Below, in pieces: positions 18,344-28,666 of a stretch of DNA of 64,000 bases. The position numbers were made by a program, and so were the translations under genes. The DNA lies in the NCBI GenBank assembly GCA_037927135.1, contig JAXSPP010000001.1, positions 96,001 to 160,000 of the forward strand, written 5' to 3'. This DNA comes from Candidatus Pampinifervens sinense (lineage in GTDB: Bacteria; Aquificota; Aquificia; Aquificales; Aquificaceae). Positions within the stretch are counted from its first letter, which is position 1. Every line of letters begins with the position of its first letter. The notes below the pieces were generated by a model. The model was not told the origin of the DNA. It did not search any database and saw nothing but the letters and a program-made list of their open reading frames with translations.

Positions 18344-20311
18344 TTAGCTTACTACCTTACTAAAGTCTGCAAATCTATTAAAAAGCTTCTTTATTCTATA
18401 GAGTAAAGCAAGCCTGTTCCTCCTTATGCTTTCATCCTTGTCCATCACAAGCACCTTATCAAAAAAGTCATCAATGGGTTTTTTAAGGAAGGCAAGGGCC
18501 ATTGGGTCCTGGACATCTTCCAAAGATTTAAAAGCATTCCAAAGGGCCTTCTCCTCCTCCTCTCTAAATAAGCTTTCATCTACCATATCCTCCTCCCAGT
18601 TGGAAGGCAGTATCCTTACCACCCTTCTGTAGGCCTCCACTACCTTCTTAAACTCCTCCTCCTCCCTTACGCTAGCAAGCCTTTTTACTTCCTTTATAAT
18701 CCCATAGGGTCTCATATGGTCCTTCACTTCCATAACGGCCCTCACAAGGTCATGGCCGTATGGCTCAAGATAGGCCAAAAGCCTTGCCCTTATAAACTCC
18801 TCCAACTCCTTAGGCACATCCTCAAGAACCTCTCTGAGATCTATATACCACTGGAAAGCTTCCAACACCGCATATACACCATAAGCCAGCCTTCTCATAC
18901 CGTATGGATCGGAGCTACCGCTTGGGAGCTCTCCTACAGCCATCAAGGTATGCAAGCTATCAAGCTTGTCCGCCAAAGATAATACGGCAGATACTTCATT
19001 AGAAGGCATGGGATCTCCAGGTTTGTTAGGAAGGTAGTGCTCATATAGGGCAAGGGCCACCTCAGGATCCTCTCCTTGCTTTAAGGCATAAACGTATCCC
19101 ATATAGCCCTGGAGTTCGTCCAACTCTCTTACCATCTGGGTAAGAAGGTCCGCCTTACAGAGGTAGCTAGCTCTCTCTATTTTCCTTTTCTTTTCTTCAG
19201 GGAGGCCAAGAAGATCTGCGAGCTTGAGGGCAAGGGCACCCACCCTTTGTACCTTTTCCAACATGCTACCAGCCTTGGGATGAAAGATTACACCAGAGAG
19301 GTCCTTTACAAGTTCTTCAAGGGGCCTTTTTAAGTCTTCTCTGTAGAAGAAGAGAGCGTCCTCAAGCCTTGCCCTTATTACCTTCTCATAGCCTTTTACA
19401 ATAACACTGTCCCTTGGATAGTTGTTGCTTATGGCTATAAAGTAAGGAAGGAGCTTTCCATCCTTTTCCACACAGAAGAACCTTTGATGATGGGCTAGCA
19501 CTGTTATTATAACCTTTTGGGGAAGCTCAAGATACTTCTCTTCAAACCTTCCCACCACCGCAAAGGGAAACTCTACAAGGTTTGCTACCTCCTCCTCTAG
19601 GCCCTCTGGATAAATAGGCCTTCCTCCTAAGGCATAAGCTTCATCCTTTAGGAAGGCTAAGATCACTCCAAGCCTTTCTTTATAGTCTGCTATCACATAG
19701 TTGTCCTTAAGAAGGTCTGGATAGCTCTTAGGATCTCTTATCTCTATAGGCCCGGGAGAAAGGATCCTATGTCCATAGGTTATGTTGCTAGCCTTTACCC
19801 TTCCAAAGGATAAGGGAACTACCTCTTCTCCATAAAGGGCGCATATCCATCTTATAGGCCTTGAAAACTTAAGGTTTGAGCTATTCCATCTCATAGTCTT
19901 AGGAAAAGGCACCGATTGTAAAATCTCTTCAAAGGACTGGGAGAGTTTTTCTAAAGGTGTAGCCTCCCTCTGCACCCTTCTTATAGCCACATAGAGGCCT
20001 TCACCCCTTTGAAGATGAACCACCTCATCTAAGCTTGCGGAGTTTCTCTCAAGGAAGGCAAGGAGGGCCTTTGTGGGCCTTCCCTCCTCATAGGCCACCT
20101 TTACCGGAGGCCCCCAAACTATCTCCTCCCTTTCCAAAGGTTTATTTTCAAAGTTTTCAACAAGGAAGGCCAGCCTTCTAGGAGTTGAATAGGTCTTTAT
20201 ATCCTGCCTTTGCAAAACTTCTGCAAACCTTTCTTTTAGATAATCCACTGCCTGATTTATCACCCTTGCCGGCAGCTCTTCTGTACCTATCTCTATAAGA
20301 AGATCCTTCAT
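18344..20311 (-). CDS. glyS: Glycine--tRNA ligase beta subunit
   Basis: LLIEIGTEELP, FSRPIRW, KADL, ELQG.MG, GSSDPYGMRR. Confidence 0.95.
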   Translation of the reverse strand: MKDLLIEIGTEELPARVINQAVDYLKERFAEVLQRQDIKTYSTPRRLAFLVENFENKPLEREEIVWGPPVKVAYEEGRPTKALLAFLERNSASLDEVVHLQRGEGLYVAIRRVQREATPLEKLSQSFEEILQSVPFPKTMRWNSSNLKFSRPIRWICALYGEEVVPLSFGRVKASNITYGHRILSPGPIEIRDPKSYPDLLKDNYVIADYKERLGVILAFLKDEAYALGGRPIYPEGLEEEVANLVEFPFAVVGRFEEKYLELPQKVIITVLAHHQRFFCVEKDGKLLPYFIAISNNYPRDSVIVKGYEKVIRARLEDALFFYREDLKRPLEELVKDLSGVIFHPKAGSMLEKVQRVGALALKLADLLGLPEEKKRKIERASYLCKADLLTQMVRELDELQGYMGYVYALKQGEDPEVALALYEHYLPNKPGDPMPSNEVSAVLSLADKLDSLHTLMAVGELPSGSSDPYGMRRLAYGVYAVLEAFQWYIDLREVLEDVPKELEEFIRARLLAYLEPYGHDLVRAVMEVKDHMRPYGIIKEVKRLASVREEEEFKKVVEAYRRVVRILPSNWEEDMVDESLFREEEEKALWNAFKSLEDVQDPMALAFLKKPIDDFFDKVLVMDKDESIRRNRLALLYRIKKLFNRFADFSKVVS

Positions 20312-20312
20312 T

Positions 20313-20882
20313 TTACTCACCTGCAAGGCTCAAAGCTTGTGCCATGTTGGCAAAATAGGTGTTAGGAGCTTTATCTTTAACTTTAGAGAGGGTCTCTTGC
20401 GCCTCTTTGTCTCTGCCTTCCTTCTTTAGTATTTGAGCCTTCAAAAGCATGGCGCTTGCATAATTAAAATCCTTCTCCCCTATCTTTTCAAGCTCCCTTA
20501 GAGCTTCTGCACTTTTCCCCTGTTTAAAAAGGTAATAGGCATACCTTTCTCTGTAAAGGGCAAGGAGGTCTCTATCTTTCAGACTTGTAAGGATTTCTTT
20601 CAAGACCTTACCTTCATCCACCCTCTCCTTTGAATTTTCTCCAATGTAGAGTTCATAGGACAAAAACAAAGGCTTAAAAGGTCCAGGAGAACCTTCCTTT
20701 TTTATAATCTCCATAGCCTTTGCATAGTTTCCAGCTTGAATTAGCTTACTTATTTCATACTCTTTGTATGAGAGCTTTTCAAGCTTATCCTTTTTGTACT
20801 TGTCCCAAAGAAGACCCCCCCCTACCACAAGCAAGACTACTATTATAAGGCCACCAACCTTTAAAACCACATCTTTCATCAC
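20313..20882 (-). CDS. Membrane-anchored TPR protein (YfgM-like)
   Basis: One N-terminal TM helix followed by TPR-like helices; directly downstream of secF. Confidence 0.55.
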   Translation of the reverse strand: MMKDVVLKVGGLIIVVLLVVGGGLLWDKYKKDKLEKLSYKEYEISKLIQAGNYAKAMEIIKKEGSPGPFKPLFLSYELYIGENSKERVDEGKVLKEILTSLKDRDLLALYRERYAYYLFKQGKSAEALRELEKIGEKDFNYASAMLLKAQILKKEGRDKEAQETLSKVKDKAPNTYFANMAQALSLAGE

Positions 20883-21736
20883 TAAAAATTATACCCTAGC
20901 CTACTCTTTACATCAAAAACTATGGCGCTTGCTACAAAGATGGAGGATAGGGTTCCCACAAAGATGCCTACCACAAAGGCAAACATGATGTTGGAAAGGG
21001 CGGGACCACCAAAGAGGAAAAGGGTAAGGGATACCACAAGGGTGGTCAAAGAGGTCATGAGGGTTCTTGAAAGGGTTTGGTTTATGGATAGGTCAATGAT
21101 TTCCCCAAAAGGTGTACCCTTTCTCAGGCGCAGATTCTCCCTTATCCTGTCAAAGACTACCACCGTATCGGAGACAGAGTAGCCAGCCACTATAAGAAGG
21201 GAAGCCACCACATCAAGGTTTACCTCCCTATAGGTCAAAGAATAGGCACCTACCACTATGAGAACGTCATGCACAAGGGCCAGTATGGCACCAAGGGCCC
21301 AAAGGGGCTCAAACCTGTAGCCAAGGTATAAGAGTATGCCCCCTATGGCTACCAATATGGACCATATGGCCTTTTGTCTTAGTTCTGAGGTTATAATACC
21401 GCCGATGCTTTCTGATCTTATTAGCTGGTAAGCAGAAAGTTCCTTTAAGCCTTCAAGGGCCTTTTCTGTGGGCTCTCCAAGCCTTAGCTTAATGATGGTG
21501 GTGGCTTGGGCTGTATCCTGAACTTGAAAGTGTGAATAGCCAAGACTTTCAAGCTTTTTTCTTACTTCTGCTATGCTTACCTTCTTTTCAAACTTTACCT
21601 CCAAAAGGCTACCACCGGTAAAGTCAAGGCCAAGGTTTAGTCCTCTGTAGGCAAGGGAAAAAAGGCTCAAAAGCAGAAGTATTATGGATATAACATAGGC
21701 ATAGTATCTTAGGCTCATAAAGGGGATGCTTTTCAT
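20882..21736 (-). CDS. secF: Protein translocase subunit SecF
   Basis: [31 protein letters not shown]. Confidence 0.95.
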   Translation of the reverse strand: MKSIPFMSLRYYAYVISIILLLLSLFSLAYRGLNLGLDFTGGSLLEVKFEKKVSIAEVRKKLESLGYSHFQVQDTAQATTIIKLRLGEPTEKALEGLKELSAYQLIRSESIGGIITSELRQKAIWSILVAIGGILLYLGYRFEPLWALGAILALVHDVLIVVGAYSLTYREVNLDVVASLLIVAGYSVSDTVVVFDRIRENLRLRKGTPFGEIIDLSINQTLSRTLMTSLTTLVVSLTLFLFGGPALSNIMFAFVVGIFVGTLSSIFVASAIVFDVKSRLGYNF

Positions 21737-21751
21737 GGTTATAATTGTAGC

Positions 21752-23233
21752 ATGGTTTATTTGCTTGTGGCTTTGGTGCCTTTGCTTTACCTTTTAAACC
21801 TTGGCTACTTTCAGGTTTGGTCTCCCAATGAGGCCTTCTATGCTGATGCTACAAGGACCATGATTCAAAGCGGCAACTTTATAGACCCCTATTACAATGG
21901 AGAACTTAGACTAAACAAGCCTCCCATGACCTATTGGCTTGTGGCTATAGGCTACTACCTTTTAGGTATAAACGAGTGGGGCCTAAGGCTTATGCATGCC
22001 CTTTTGGGCCTTATGACAGGAATAATCACTCTCCTTATAGCAAAAGAAATAACAGGAAGCTACAAGATAGGCCTTTTTAGCTTTCTCATGCTTACCCTTT
22101 CTGTGCAGTTCTTTGCCAACTCTCAATATGCCTCTCCAGAGATTCCTTTCACCTTCTTTATAACCCTAAGCCTATACCTTTGGCTCATCTCTTACAAGAG
22201 AAACAGCCTTCTTTTGCTCTTCTTTGCCTTCCTTTCTTCTTCTCTTGCCATGCTTGTAAAAGGTCCTGCAGGCTTTGTACTGCCCGCTGGCATAGTCTTT
22301 TTATACTTAGTATTTACAGACCCAAAGGAGCTTTTAAAGCTTAGGTATTACATATTTACTGCAATCTCTTTAGTCCTTGGCCTCTGGTGGCACGCTTATC
22401 AGCTTTTGACAAAGGGCCACACCTTTTGGGAAGTCTTCTACAGGGAAAACTTTAAACGAGTTTATGATGGGAAAGACCCCTTTTACTTTTACCTTCTTGA
22501 CCTCAATGTAAGCTTTTTGCCTTATTCCTTCCTTTTCTTTTTTGCCTTCCTTTGGGTAGTGTTAAAAATCAAAAGAGAATACACCTTTCCCATGGTTTGG
22601 CTCCTATTTGTCTACGGCATTTTTAGCCTTGTGGCTCAAAAGATCCCCGTTTATGTGCTTCCTGCCTTTCCTGCCCTTGCCATAATCACCTCTGGCTTTA
22701 TACTATCCCAAGACTGGGAGAGATTAAAAAGTTATGCTATTCTCTTACTCCTTAGTCTTATATCCATAGCCTTAGCCGTTGGCATCTTCCTTTTCTCCCT
22801 GCCTTTGGCCTTCCTTTTACTTGTCCCTCTTCCCTTCTTACTTTTCTTAAAGGACCATAGGCTTTCACCAGCCTTGGCTGGCATGATGTTTATTGTTCTC
22901 TTGAAGTTTGGGCTTTTGACAGGTTTGGAGGAAAAAAGAAAGGTAAAAGAACTTGGAGAGTTTATAAAAAAGCTTGACCCTAAGAGTGCTATGCCCGTGT
23001 ATGAAGTGGGACATTTCCATCATAGCCTACCTTTTTATGTAGAAAGGAAGATAATAAGGGACAAGGAGCCACAGAAGGGGTCCATAGTGGTTTATAAAAG
23101 TGGCACCTTTGAAAAATGTAATTCCATAAAAAGCCTTAGACTCTATACAGGTTCGGAAAGCAGGCTTTTTAAATTCCTAATGGATGCCCGCAAAAACAAA
23201 AACTTTGAGGAATTTTTTGTATGCCTTTATTGA
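21752..23233 (+). CDS. ArnT/PMT-family (GT-C) membrane glycosyltransferase
   Basis: E.FY..M, P.YNG..RLNKPP..YW, KGP, Y.LP.FP; many TM segments. Confidence 0.85.
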   Translation: MVYLLVALVPLLYLLNLGYFQVWSPNEAFYADATRTMIQSGNFIDPYYNGELRLNKPPMTYWLVAIGYYLLGINEWGLRLMHALLGLMTGIITLLIAKEITGSYKIGLFSFLMLTLSVQFFANSQYASPEIPFTFFITLSLYLWLISYKRNSLLLLFFAFLSSSLAMLVKGPAGFVLPAGIVFLYLVFTDPKELLKLRYYIFTAISLVLGLWWHAYQLLTKGHTFWEVFYRENFKRVYDGKDPFYFYLLDLNVSFLPYSFLFFFAFLWVVLKIKREYTFPMVWLLFVYGIFSLVAQKIPVYVLPAFPALAIITSGFILSQDWERLKSYAILLLLSLISIALAVGIFLFSLPLAFLLLVPLPFLLFLKDHRLSPALAGMMFIVLLKFGLLTGLEEKRKVKELGEFIKKLDPKSAMPVYEVGHFHHSLPFYVERKIIRDKEPQKGSIVVYKSGTFEKCNSIKSLRLYTGSESRLFKFLMDARKNKNFEEFFVCLY

Positions 23234-24225
23234 CCTGGCACCTGTATAACTATGAATTCCACCCTTCTGTTGGTAAGCCTACCTATGGATGTTTCGTTGC
23301 TTACTATATACCTTTCCTTTCCAAAGCCCACTATCTCTATCCTATCCTCCGGAATCCCAGCCTTTACAAGATAATCTTTTACCGCTTTGGCTCTCTTAAG
23401 CGCAAGCCTGTCATTATATGCCTTTGGACCTATGTTGTCTGTGTAGCCCTCAATCCTCACTCTTACGTTTGGGTTTTCCTTTAGGGCTTTTACTACCTCG
23501 TTTAGAAGGGGTATGTATTCTCTTTTTATGTTATATCTGTCAAAGTCAAAATGAACCCTTGCTCTGACCATCAGAGGTTCTTCCTTAACAATTGGTTTTT
23601 CTTTTGGTATTTCCTCCTTTCTTTCACTTGGTTCCACCTTTGCCTCCTCTGGCCTATAGGCTTCGCCTGTATAACATTCAAGCCTTCCTTCCTTGGCTAC
23701 ATTTACCTTTTCAAGGGCCAGATTTAAATCTGCAAAGGCCTTGTTATAGAACTCCATAAGGTTTGCATAGCTTGGATTTGGTTTAGAAAGTTCGTAGGAA
23801 AGGGCTTCATAGTATGCTTCTGCCCTTGCAAGCTCTAAAGGAGCGCAGTTTAGAGCCTTATTTTCCCTCACATACTTGAGCTTTGAGTTGATAGATGCCA
23901 AATCAATAGACGGTATATTTTTATTTAAAAAGTTTATCTCATCTAACTCAAACCTTTCTGAAAGAGCCTTGGACAGCGCATTGAAGCTTTTTACCATAAA
24001 AAGCTTTGATCCAACTTCATCCATGTTGGAGGCTAGGATGTAAGACACATCTTTAGTAGCTTTTGCCTTTTCAAAGTGATATGGATCCTTCTTATCCACC
24101 TTCTTTTCTTTGGCTATCTCTATATTCTTTTGCATCTGGCTTATACCTTCAAGGAGCCTTAGCTGGCTCACCTCCTGGGAAAAGGCCACCACAGAGCCTA
24201 TTAACAACAGGCCTAGTCTTTTCAT
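23227..24225 (-). CDS. OmpA-family peptidoglycan-binding protein
   Basis: Signal peptide; C-terminal HFDFD, IEGYTD, N..L...RA..V, NRRVE. Confidence 0.85.
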   Translation of the reverse strand: MKRLGLLLIGSVVAFSQEVSQLRLLEGISQMQKNIEIAKEKKVDKKDPYHFEKAKATKDVSYILASNMDEVGSKLFMVKSFNALSKALSERFELDEINFLNKNIPSIDLASINSKLKYVRENKALNCAPLELARAEAYYEALSYELSKPNPSYANLMEFYNKAFADLNLALEKVNVAKEGRLECYTGEAYRPEEAKVEPSERKEEIPKEKPIVKEEPLMVRARVHFDFDRYNIKREYIPLLNEVVKALKENPNVRVRIEGYTDNIGPKAYNDRLALKRAKAVKDYLVKAGIPEDRIEIVGFGKERYIVSNETSIGRLTNRRVEFIVIQVPGQ

Positions 24226-24270
24226 ATTTCCCTCCTTTTTTTTAAATATTCTACACTAAAATTCTTATAC

Positions 24271-24714
24271 ATGAGAGCTGTGTTGCAAAGGGTAAAGGAA
24301 TCAAGAGTTTATGTGAACGGACAAGAAGTGGCAAGTATTGGTATTGGTCTTAACATACTCCTTGGTGTGGGTGTAGGCGATGATGAAGGGGACGTAAATA
24401 AGCTGGTGGAGAAAATAGTGAATCTACGTATATTTGAAGATGACTCTGGAAAGCTTAATTTGTCTTTACTTGATGTGAAGGGTTCTGCCCTAGTCGTCTC
24501 CCAGTTTACCCTCTATGCCAATACAAAGAAGGGAAGGAGACCCAGCTTTGAGCTTGCAGAAAGGCCGGAGAGGGCAAAAGAGCTTTATGAGCTTTTTGTG
24601 GAAAAGATGTCTAAGTATGTGCCAACCCAGTGTGGCATCTTTGGTGCCATGATGGAGGTTTATATTCTCAACTGGGGGCCCGTGACCATAATCCTTGATA
24701 GCAAAGAGCTTTAA
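24271..24714 (+). CDS. dtd: D-aminoacyl-tRNA deacylase
   Basis: MRAVLQRV, SQFTL, GRRPSF, NWGPVT. Confidence 0.95.
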   Translation: MRAVLQRVKESRVYVNGQEVASIGIGLNILLGVGVGDDEGDVNKLVEKIVNLRIFEDDSGKLNLSLLDVKGSALVVSQFTLYANTKKGRRPSFELAERPERAKELYELFVEKMSKYVPTQCGIFGAMMEVYILNWGPVTIILDSKEL

Positions 24715-26558
24715 AGCTGGATTTCTACAAGCATACTAAAGGGAACCCCTATGCCGCTTAAGAAAAGATGGCCAGGCTTGAGGGTTGGCAAGAGCCTAAG
24801 CTGGTCCTCTTGGGGGTATTCAAAGAATTGAGAGACTGCCTCTATATCGTTTTGTGTGATAAGCCTAAAGATGGCTTGAGTGTTTAACTGAGATAACACA
24901 TACTTGCTTAGGTTTGCTGGTCTTTGGGAGACTGCCACAAGTCCAAGAGAAAACTTCCTTCCTTCCAAAGCTATCTTCTTTGTCATGTTTATGGCAAGGT
25001 TTTCCCTGCCTGTAGGCACCTCTGTAGCACCTCTTTCTGGTGCAAAGTTGTGGGCTTCTTCTAAGACTATCAGCCTTCTTTCTGGCTTTAGCCTTGCCAT
25101 GGAAAGGATTTCTCTTAGTAGGAGGCCCACAAGGTTTAGCCTTGCGGACATATTTACCATATCCTTTAGGTCCACTATGACTATCTCTTTATCCGAGCTT
25201 AAGGCCTCCTTCAAAAGCTTGAAAACCTTTGGCTGGTTTTCAAGGACTTCTTCTCCAAGCTCTCTGATTACCATCTCAATCACATCAAGCACATCCCTCC
25301 TTAGCCCACCCTTTGAAGCCTCAAGAAGTATATCTTTCAAAGTTTTTTCTCTGTATGCTGATAGGCTCATGCTTGGCTTTAGCTGGCTCCTTATATGTGC
25401 CAAAAAACTCCTCTCTTCCTCACTCCTTTCTTGAAGCACAAAGCCATAATCTCTAAAAAGTTCCTTTATATCCTCCGTCCAAAGGGGAAGAAGAGTGTAT
25501 GGTAGCTTTGCATGATGAACCCTTTGAGGATCAAGCTTGTTAATGTATTCACCAAAGAGGTCAAAGATGATAACCTTACAGCTATTTGGTGGAATGGCGG
25601 ACACGAGTCTTGACACAAAGGTGGTTTTTCCAGAGCCTGTGGTTCCAAGGATTGCCATATGCATGGAAGTGAGCTTTGCAAGGTCTATATAAACGTCCAC
25701 ATCCTTTCCAAGCAGACTTCCAACCCTGAGGGGTATGTCCATAGAATAGCCCGAAAGGTTTGTCTTCATTATCTTTTGAAGGTCCGGCTCTTCTTCCCTC
25801 ACAGGAAGAAGCTGGTCGCCAAGTGAAAGGCTCCTTAGGGGAGTGCCAAAGTATCCTTCCTTTTCACCTCTTAGCTCAAGAAGAACCTTAACCTTTCCCA
25901 TGTAGCCACCAGATCTTATCAAGGAGGTCCTAAGGTAGGCCAAAAGCCATAGCTTATCCTTGTAGAAGCTTTCCGGAACAATAAAGGACTGGCTTTGGGT
26001 ATAAACCTTAGTAAGCTTACAAAGAAGCTTGTAGCCTTCCTTTTCTACCCATAAGAAGGTCTGCTCTGGTATGTTCTCAAAAAGAAAGGCTGTTGCTTCG
26101 GTAGAAGATTCAACAGAAATAACTACAGCCAAAGCATCCTTAAGTAGCCTTACAGAATGCCTTTTGAAGTCTTCAAAAAGCTCGGAGAACTTCTTTACAT
26201 CCTCACCTTCAATGAGGACCATAGCCTCAAGGTTTCCCTCCTCCCGCATGCCCGCACCGGTTAGGTTGGCAGAGCCCACAAGAGCCAAAAGGTCATCCAC
26301 TATTACAAGCTTTGCATGAAGCCTATCGCTAATATAAACATCCGCTCCAAACTTATTTAAGGTTCTAAAGGTCCCTTCTCCAGTGATGGCTAAATCTTTT
26401 AGCTCTTGAGACCTAAGTATTACTTCAATCTTTATACTCTTTGGCAAGACTTCTAAAAGCTTTTCCAAAAGACATTCTTCAATCCATGGAGAGGCTATCT
26501 TCAGGCTTTTTCTTGCCCCAGCTACCCTTTCTTTTAACTTTTCAAAGAGCTCTTTCAT
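24711..26558 (-). CDS. PLD (HKD) nuclease domain fused to a HerA-like ATPase
   Basis: LHAKLVIVD..GSANLT at the N-terminus; HMAILGTTGSGKT, IVLEEAHNFAP, EGRKF and SQRPA at the C-terminus. Confidence 0.85.
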   Translation of the reverse strand: MKELFEKLKERVAGARKSLKIASPWIEECLLEKLLEVLPKSIKIEVILRSQELKDLAITGEGTFRTLNKFGADVYISDRLHAKLVIVDDLLALVGSANLTGAGMREEGNLEAMVLIEGEDVKKFSELFEDFKRHSVRLLKDALAVVISVESSTEATAFLFENIPEQTFLWVEKEGYKLLCKLTKVYTQSQSFIVPESFYKDKLWLLAYLRTSLIRSGGYMGKVKVLLELRGEKEGYFGTPLRSLSLGDQLLPVREEEPDLQKIMKTNLSGYSMDIPLRVGSLLGKDVDVYIDLAKLTSMHMAILGTTGSGKTTFVSRLVSAIPPNSCKVIIFDLFGEYINKLDPQRVHHAKLPYTLLPLWTEDIKELFRDYGFVLQERSEEERSFLAHIRSQLKPSMSLSAYREKTLKDILLEASKGGLRRDVLDVIEMVIRELGEEVLENQPKVFKLLKEALSSDKEIVIVDLKDMVNMSARLNLVGLLLREILSMARLKPERRLIVLEEAHNFAPERGATEVPTGRENLAINMTKKIALEGRKFSLGLVAVSQRPANLSKYVLSQLNTQAIFRLITQNDIEAVSQFFEYPQEDQLRLLPTLKPGHLFLSGIGVPFSMLVEIQL

Positions 26559-27154
26559 TCAAAATCAGACCATAGCTTGAAGACCTTCACCAACTCGGAT
26601 GTCCTTCTTCTTAGGTCTTCCATGCTTCCTCTGTTATCCACTATAAAGTTGGCATACCTTAACTTTTCCTCTGGTGCCATCTGGTATCTCCATCTTCTTT
26701 CAAAATCCTCAGGACTATAGCCCGCCTTTATTGCCCTCTCTTTACATATTTCATAGGGTGCATAGACCAAAACGGTAGCATGATAATTTTTATACGTGCC
26801 CTTTTCAATAAGCAAGCTAGCCTCTACCACCACCACGCTATTTGATGGCAACTTTTCAAACTCTTCTTCTAGCTTTCTATAGAGGGCCTCGTGGGTTATA
26901 TCCTCCAATATTCTTAGCTTTTCTTCCTTCTCAAAGACCACGTCAGCCAATTTCTTCCTGTCAATGTTTCCTGCCTCATCCAATATCTCTTTGCCAAAGG
27001 CTTCTACCACCTTCTTATAAACTTCTCCCTTTTCTTCGTAAAACTGTCTTATTATGCTATCTGCATCAAAGACATAAAAGCCTGCCTCTTGGAAGATCTT
27101 CCCTACCGTTGATTTGCCAGAAGCCAGGTTTCCAGTAAGAGCTATCTTTATCAT
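26555..27154 (-). CDS. coaE: Dephospho-CoA kinase
   Basis: IALTGNLASGKST, DAD, IDRKKL. Confidence 0.93.
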   Translation of the reverse strand: MIKIALTGNLASGKSTVGKIFQEAGFYVFDADSIIRQFYEEKGEVYKKVVEAFGKEILDEAGNIDRKKLADVVFEKEEKLRILEDITHEALYRKLEEEFEKLPSNSVVVVEASLLIEKGTYKNYHATVLVYAPYEICKERAIKAGYSPEDFERRWRYQMAPEEKLRYANFIVDNRGSMEDLRRRTSELVKVFKLWSDFE

Positions 27155-27179
27155 AAGAAATATTTTAAAACAGTCTCTA

Positions 27180-28664
27180 TCATCCCCCGTATTCTCTGCT
27201 GGCTATATAGCGTATCCATTTTAATGGGCTTACGGGACCTTCTGGAGATATGCCAAAGAAAAGGGTAAGAAAAGCCGTTATTAAGGGAGGTATGAGCATA
27301 AGAGGGCTTACCTCTAATTTTCTTCCTTTTACTTCCTCTTTAATTTTACCAAACCAAGCTTTAAAGACTATGGGAATAAGATAAAGGGTGCTTAGGATAG
27401 AGCTAATATAGAAAACGTAAACAACCCACTCTTCCCCCGCACTTTTAGCTCCAGCTTCCAAATATTTCTTTGTTAAATATCCAGCAGTCATTGGCACGCC
27501 TATGAGGCCAAGGGATGCTATGGTAAAAGCAAGAGTGGTAAAGGGCATTCTTCTACCAACTCCGTCCAACTCCTTAAATTTATGCACATCATATTTTTCT
27601 GCGTAATTACCCAGGCACATAAAAAGGGTTATCTTCATTATGCCGTGATTGACAAGATGCAAAAGGGCACCCATGGTAGAAAGCTGCCCAGGCAATAAAA
27701 CACCCAGAATTATATAGGATATGTGGCTTATGGTAGAATAAGCTAACCTTTTCTTTAACTCCTCCTGAAAGATGGCCATGGATGAACCAAAAAGTATGGT
27801 AAAGGCCGTAAGGTAAGCCAATGGTTGCCACAGATTCATACTCTGTACCAAGTCAACACCATAGAGTTCATACACAAGCCTAACAATACCAAAAGCTCCC
27901 GCCTTCACTACAGCGACAGCATGCAGTAGAGCACTTACGGGAGCAGGGGCTACCATAGCTTTAGTTAACCATTGATGTAATGGAAAAACTGCAGACTTTA
28001 CAGCCATTGCAAAGAAAAAGCCATAAAAGAGGATCTTAGCCATAAGAGAGTTTTCCATGGCCCAATTTTTTACCTTTGGATTTCCTCCTGTATAAAAGTT
28101 GCCATCTCCCACAAACACATAAAGGAGAACAAGACATAGCATAAAGAGGGAGCCGCCGAGAATGGTATAAAGGAGATAAATCCCGCCAGCTTTTAAAGCT
28201 TTTGATGTGCCTCTATGCACTACCAATGGATAAGTGCTAAGTGTAAGAAGCTCATAGAATAGAAAAAAAGTAAATATATTGCCTGCAAGAGCTATACCCA
28301 TAGTAGAGGTAACTGCAAGATTAAAGAAGGTAAAAAACCTTCTTCTATTGGGAGATCCTTCAAGATATCCTATGGCATAGATAGTAGTAAGGAGCCAAAG
28401 AAAAGAGGATAAACTAACAAAAAGAAGAGCAAGGGGGTCTATTCTTAGATAAAAATCTGCAAAGGGTACCATAGGATAGCGTATTTCAAAGGTAATTCCC
28501 TTGTATACACTCCATATAAGGTAAGAAATAACAAATAGTTTGTAAACAGCGGCTACAACATTTACCAAACTTCTTAGAAATACTCTCTCCTCCTTAAGTA
28601 AGCTTATAATGATGCTTGCAAAAAAGGAGCTCAGTAATAAGCTTAAAACCGCCAATTTTTCCAT
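27180..28664 (-). CDS. Mrp-type Na+/H+ antiporter subunit (MrpA'/MrpD-like)
   Basis: Proton_antipo_M motifs WL..AMVAPAPVSALLH and KKRLAYSTISH. Confidence 0.85.
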   Translation of the reverse strand: MEKLAVLSLLLSSFFASIIISLLKEERVFLRSLVNVVAAVYKLFVISYLIWSVYKGITFEIRYPMVPFADFYLRIDPLALLFVSLSSFLWLLTTIYAIGYLEGSPNRRRFFTFFNLAVTSTMGIALAGNIFTFFLFYELLTLSTYPLVVHRGTSKALKAGGIYLLYTILGGSLFMLCLVLLYVFVGDGNFYTGGNPKVKNWAMENSLMAKILFYGFFFAMAVKSAVFPLHQWLTKAMVAPAPVSALLHAVAVVKAGAFGIVRLVYELYGVDLVQSMNLWQPLAYLTAFTILFGSSMAIFQEELKKRLAYSTISHISYIILGVLLPGQLSTMGALLHLVNHGIMKITLFMCLGNYAEKYDVHKFKELDGVGRRMPFTTLAFTIASLGLIGVPMTAGYLTKKYLEAGAKSAGEEWVVYVFYISSILSTLYLIPIVFKAWFGKIKEEVKGRKLEVSPLMLIPPLITAFLTLFFGISPEGPVSPLKWIRYIASREYGG

Positions 28665-28666
28665 GT

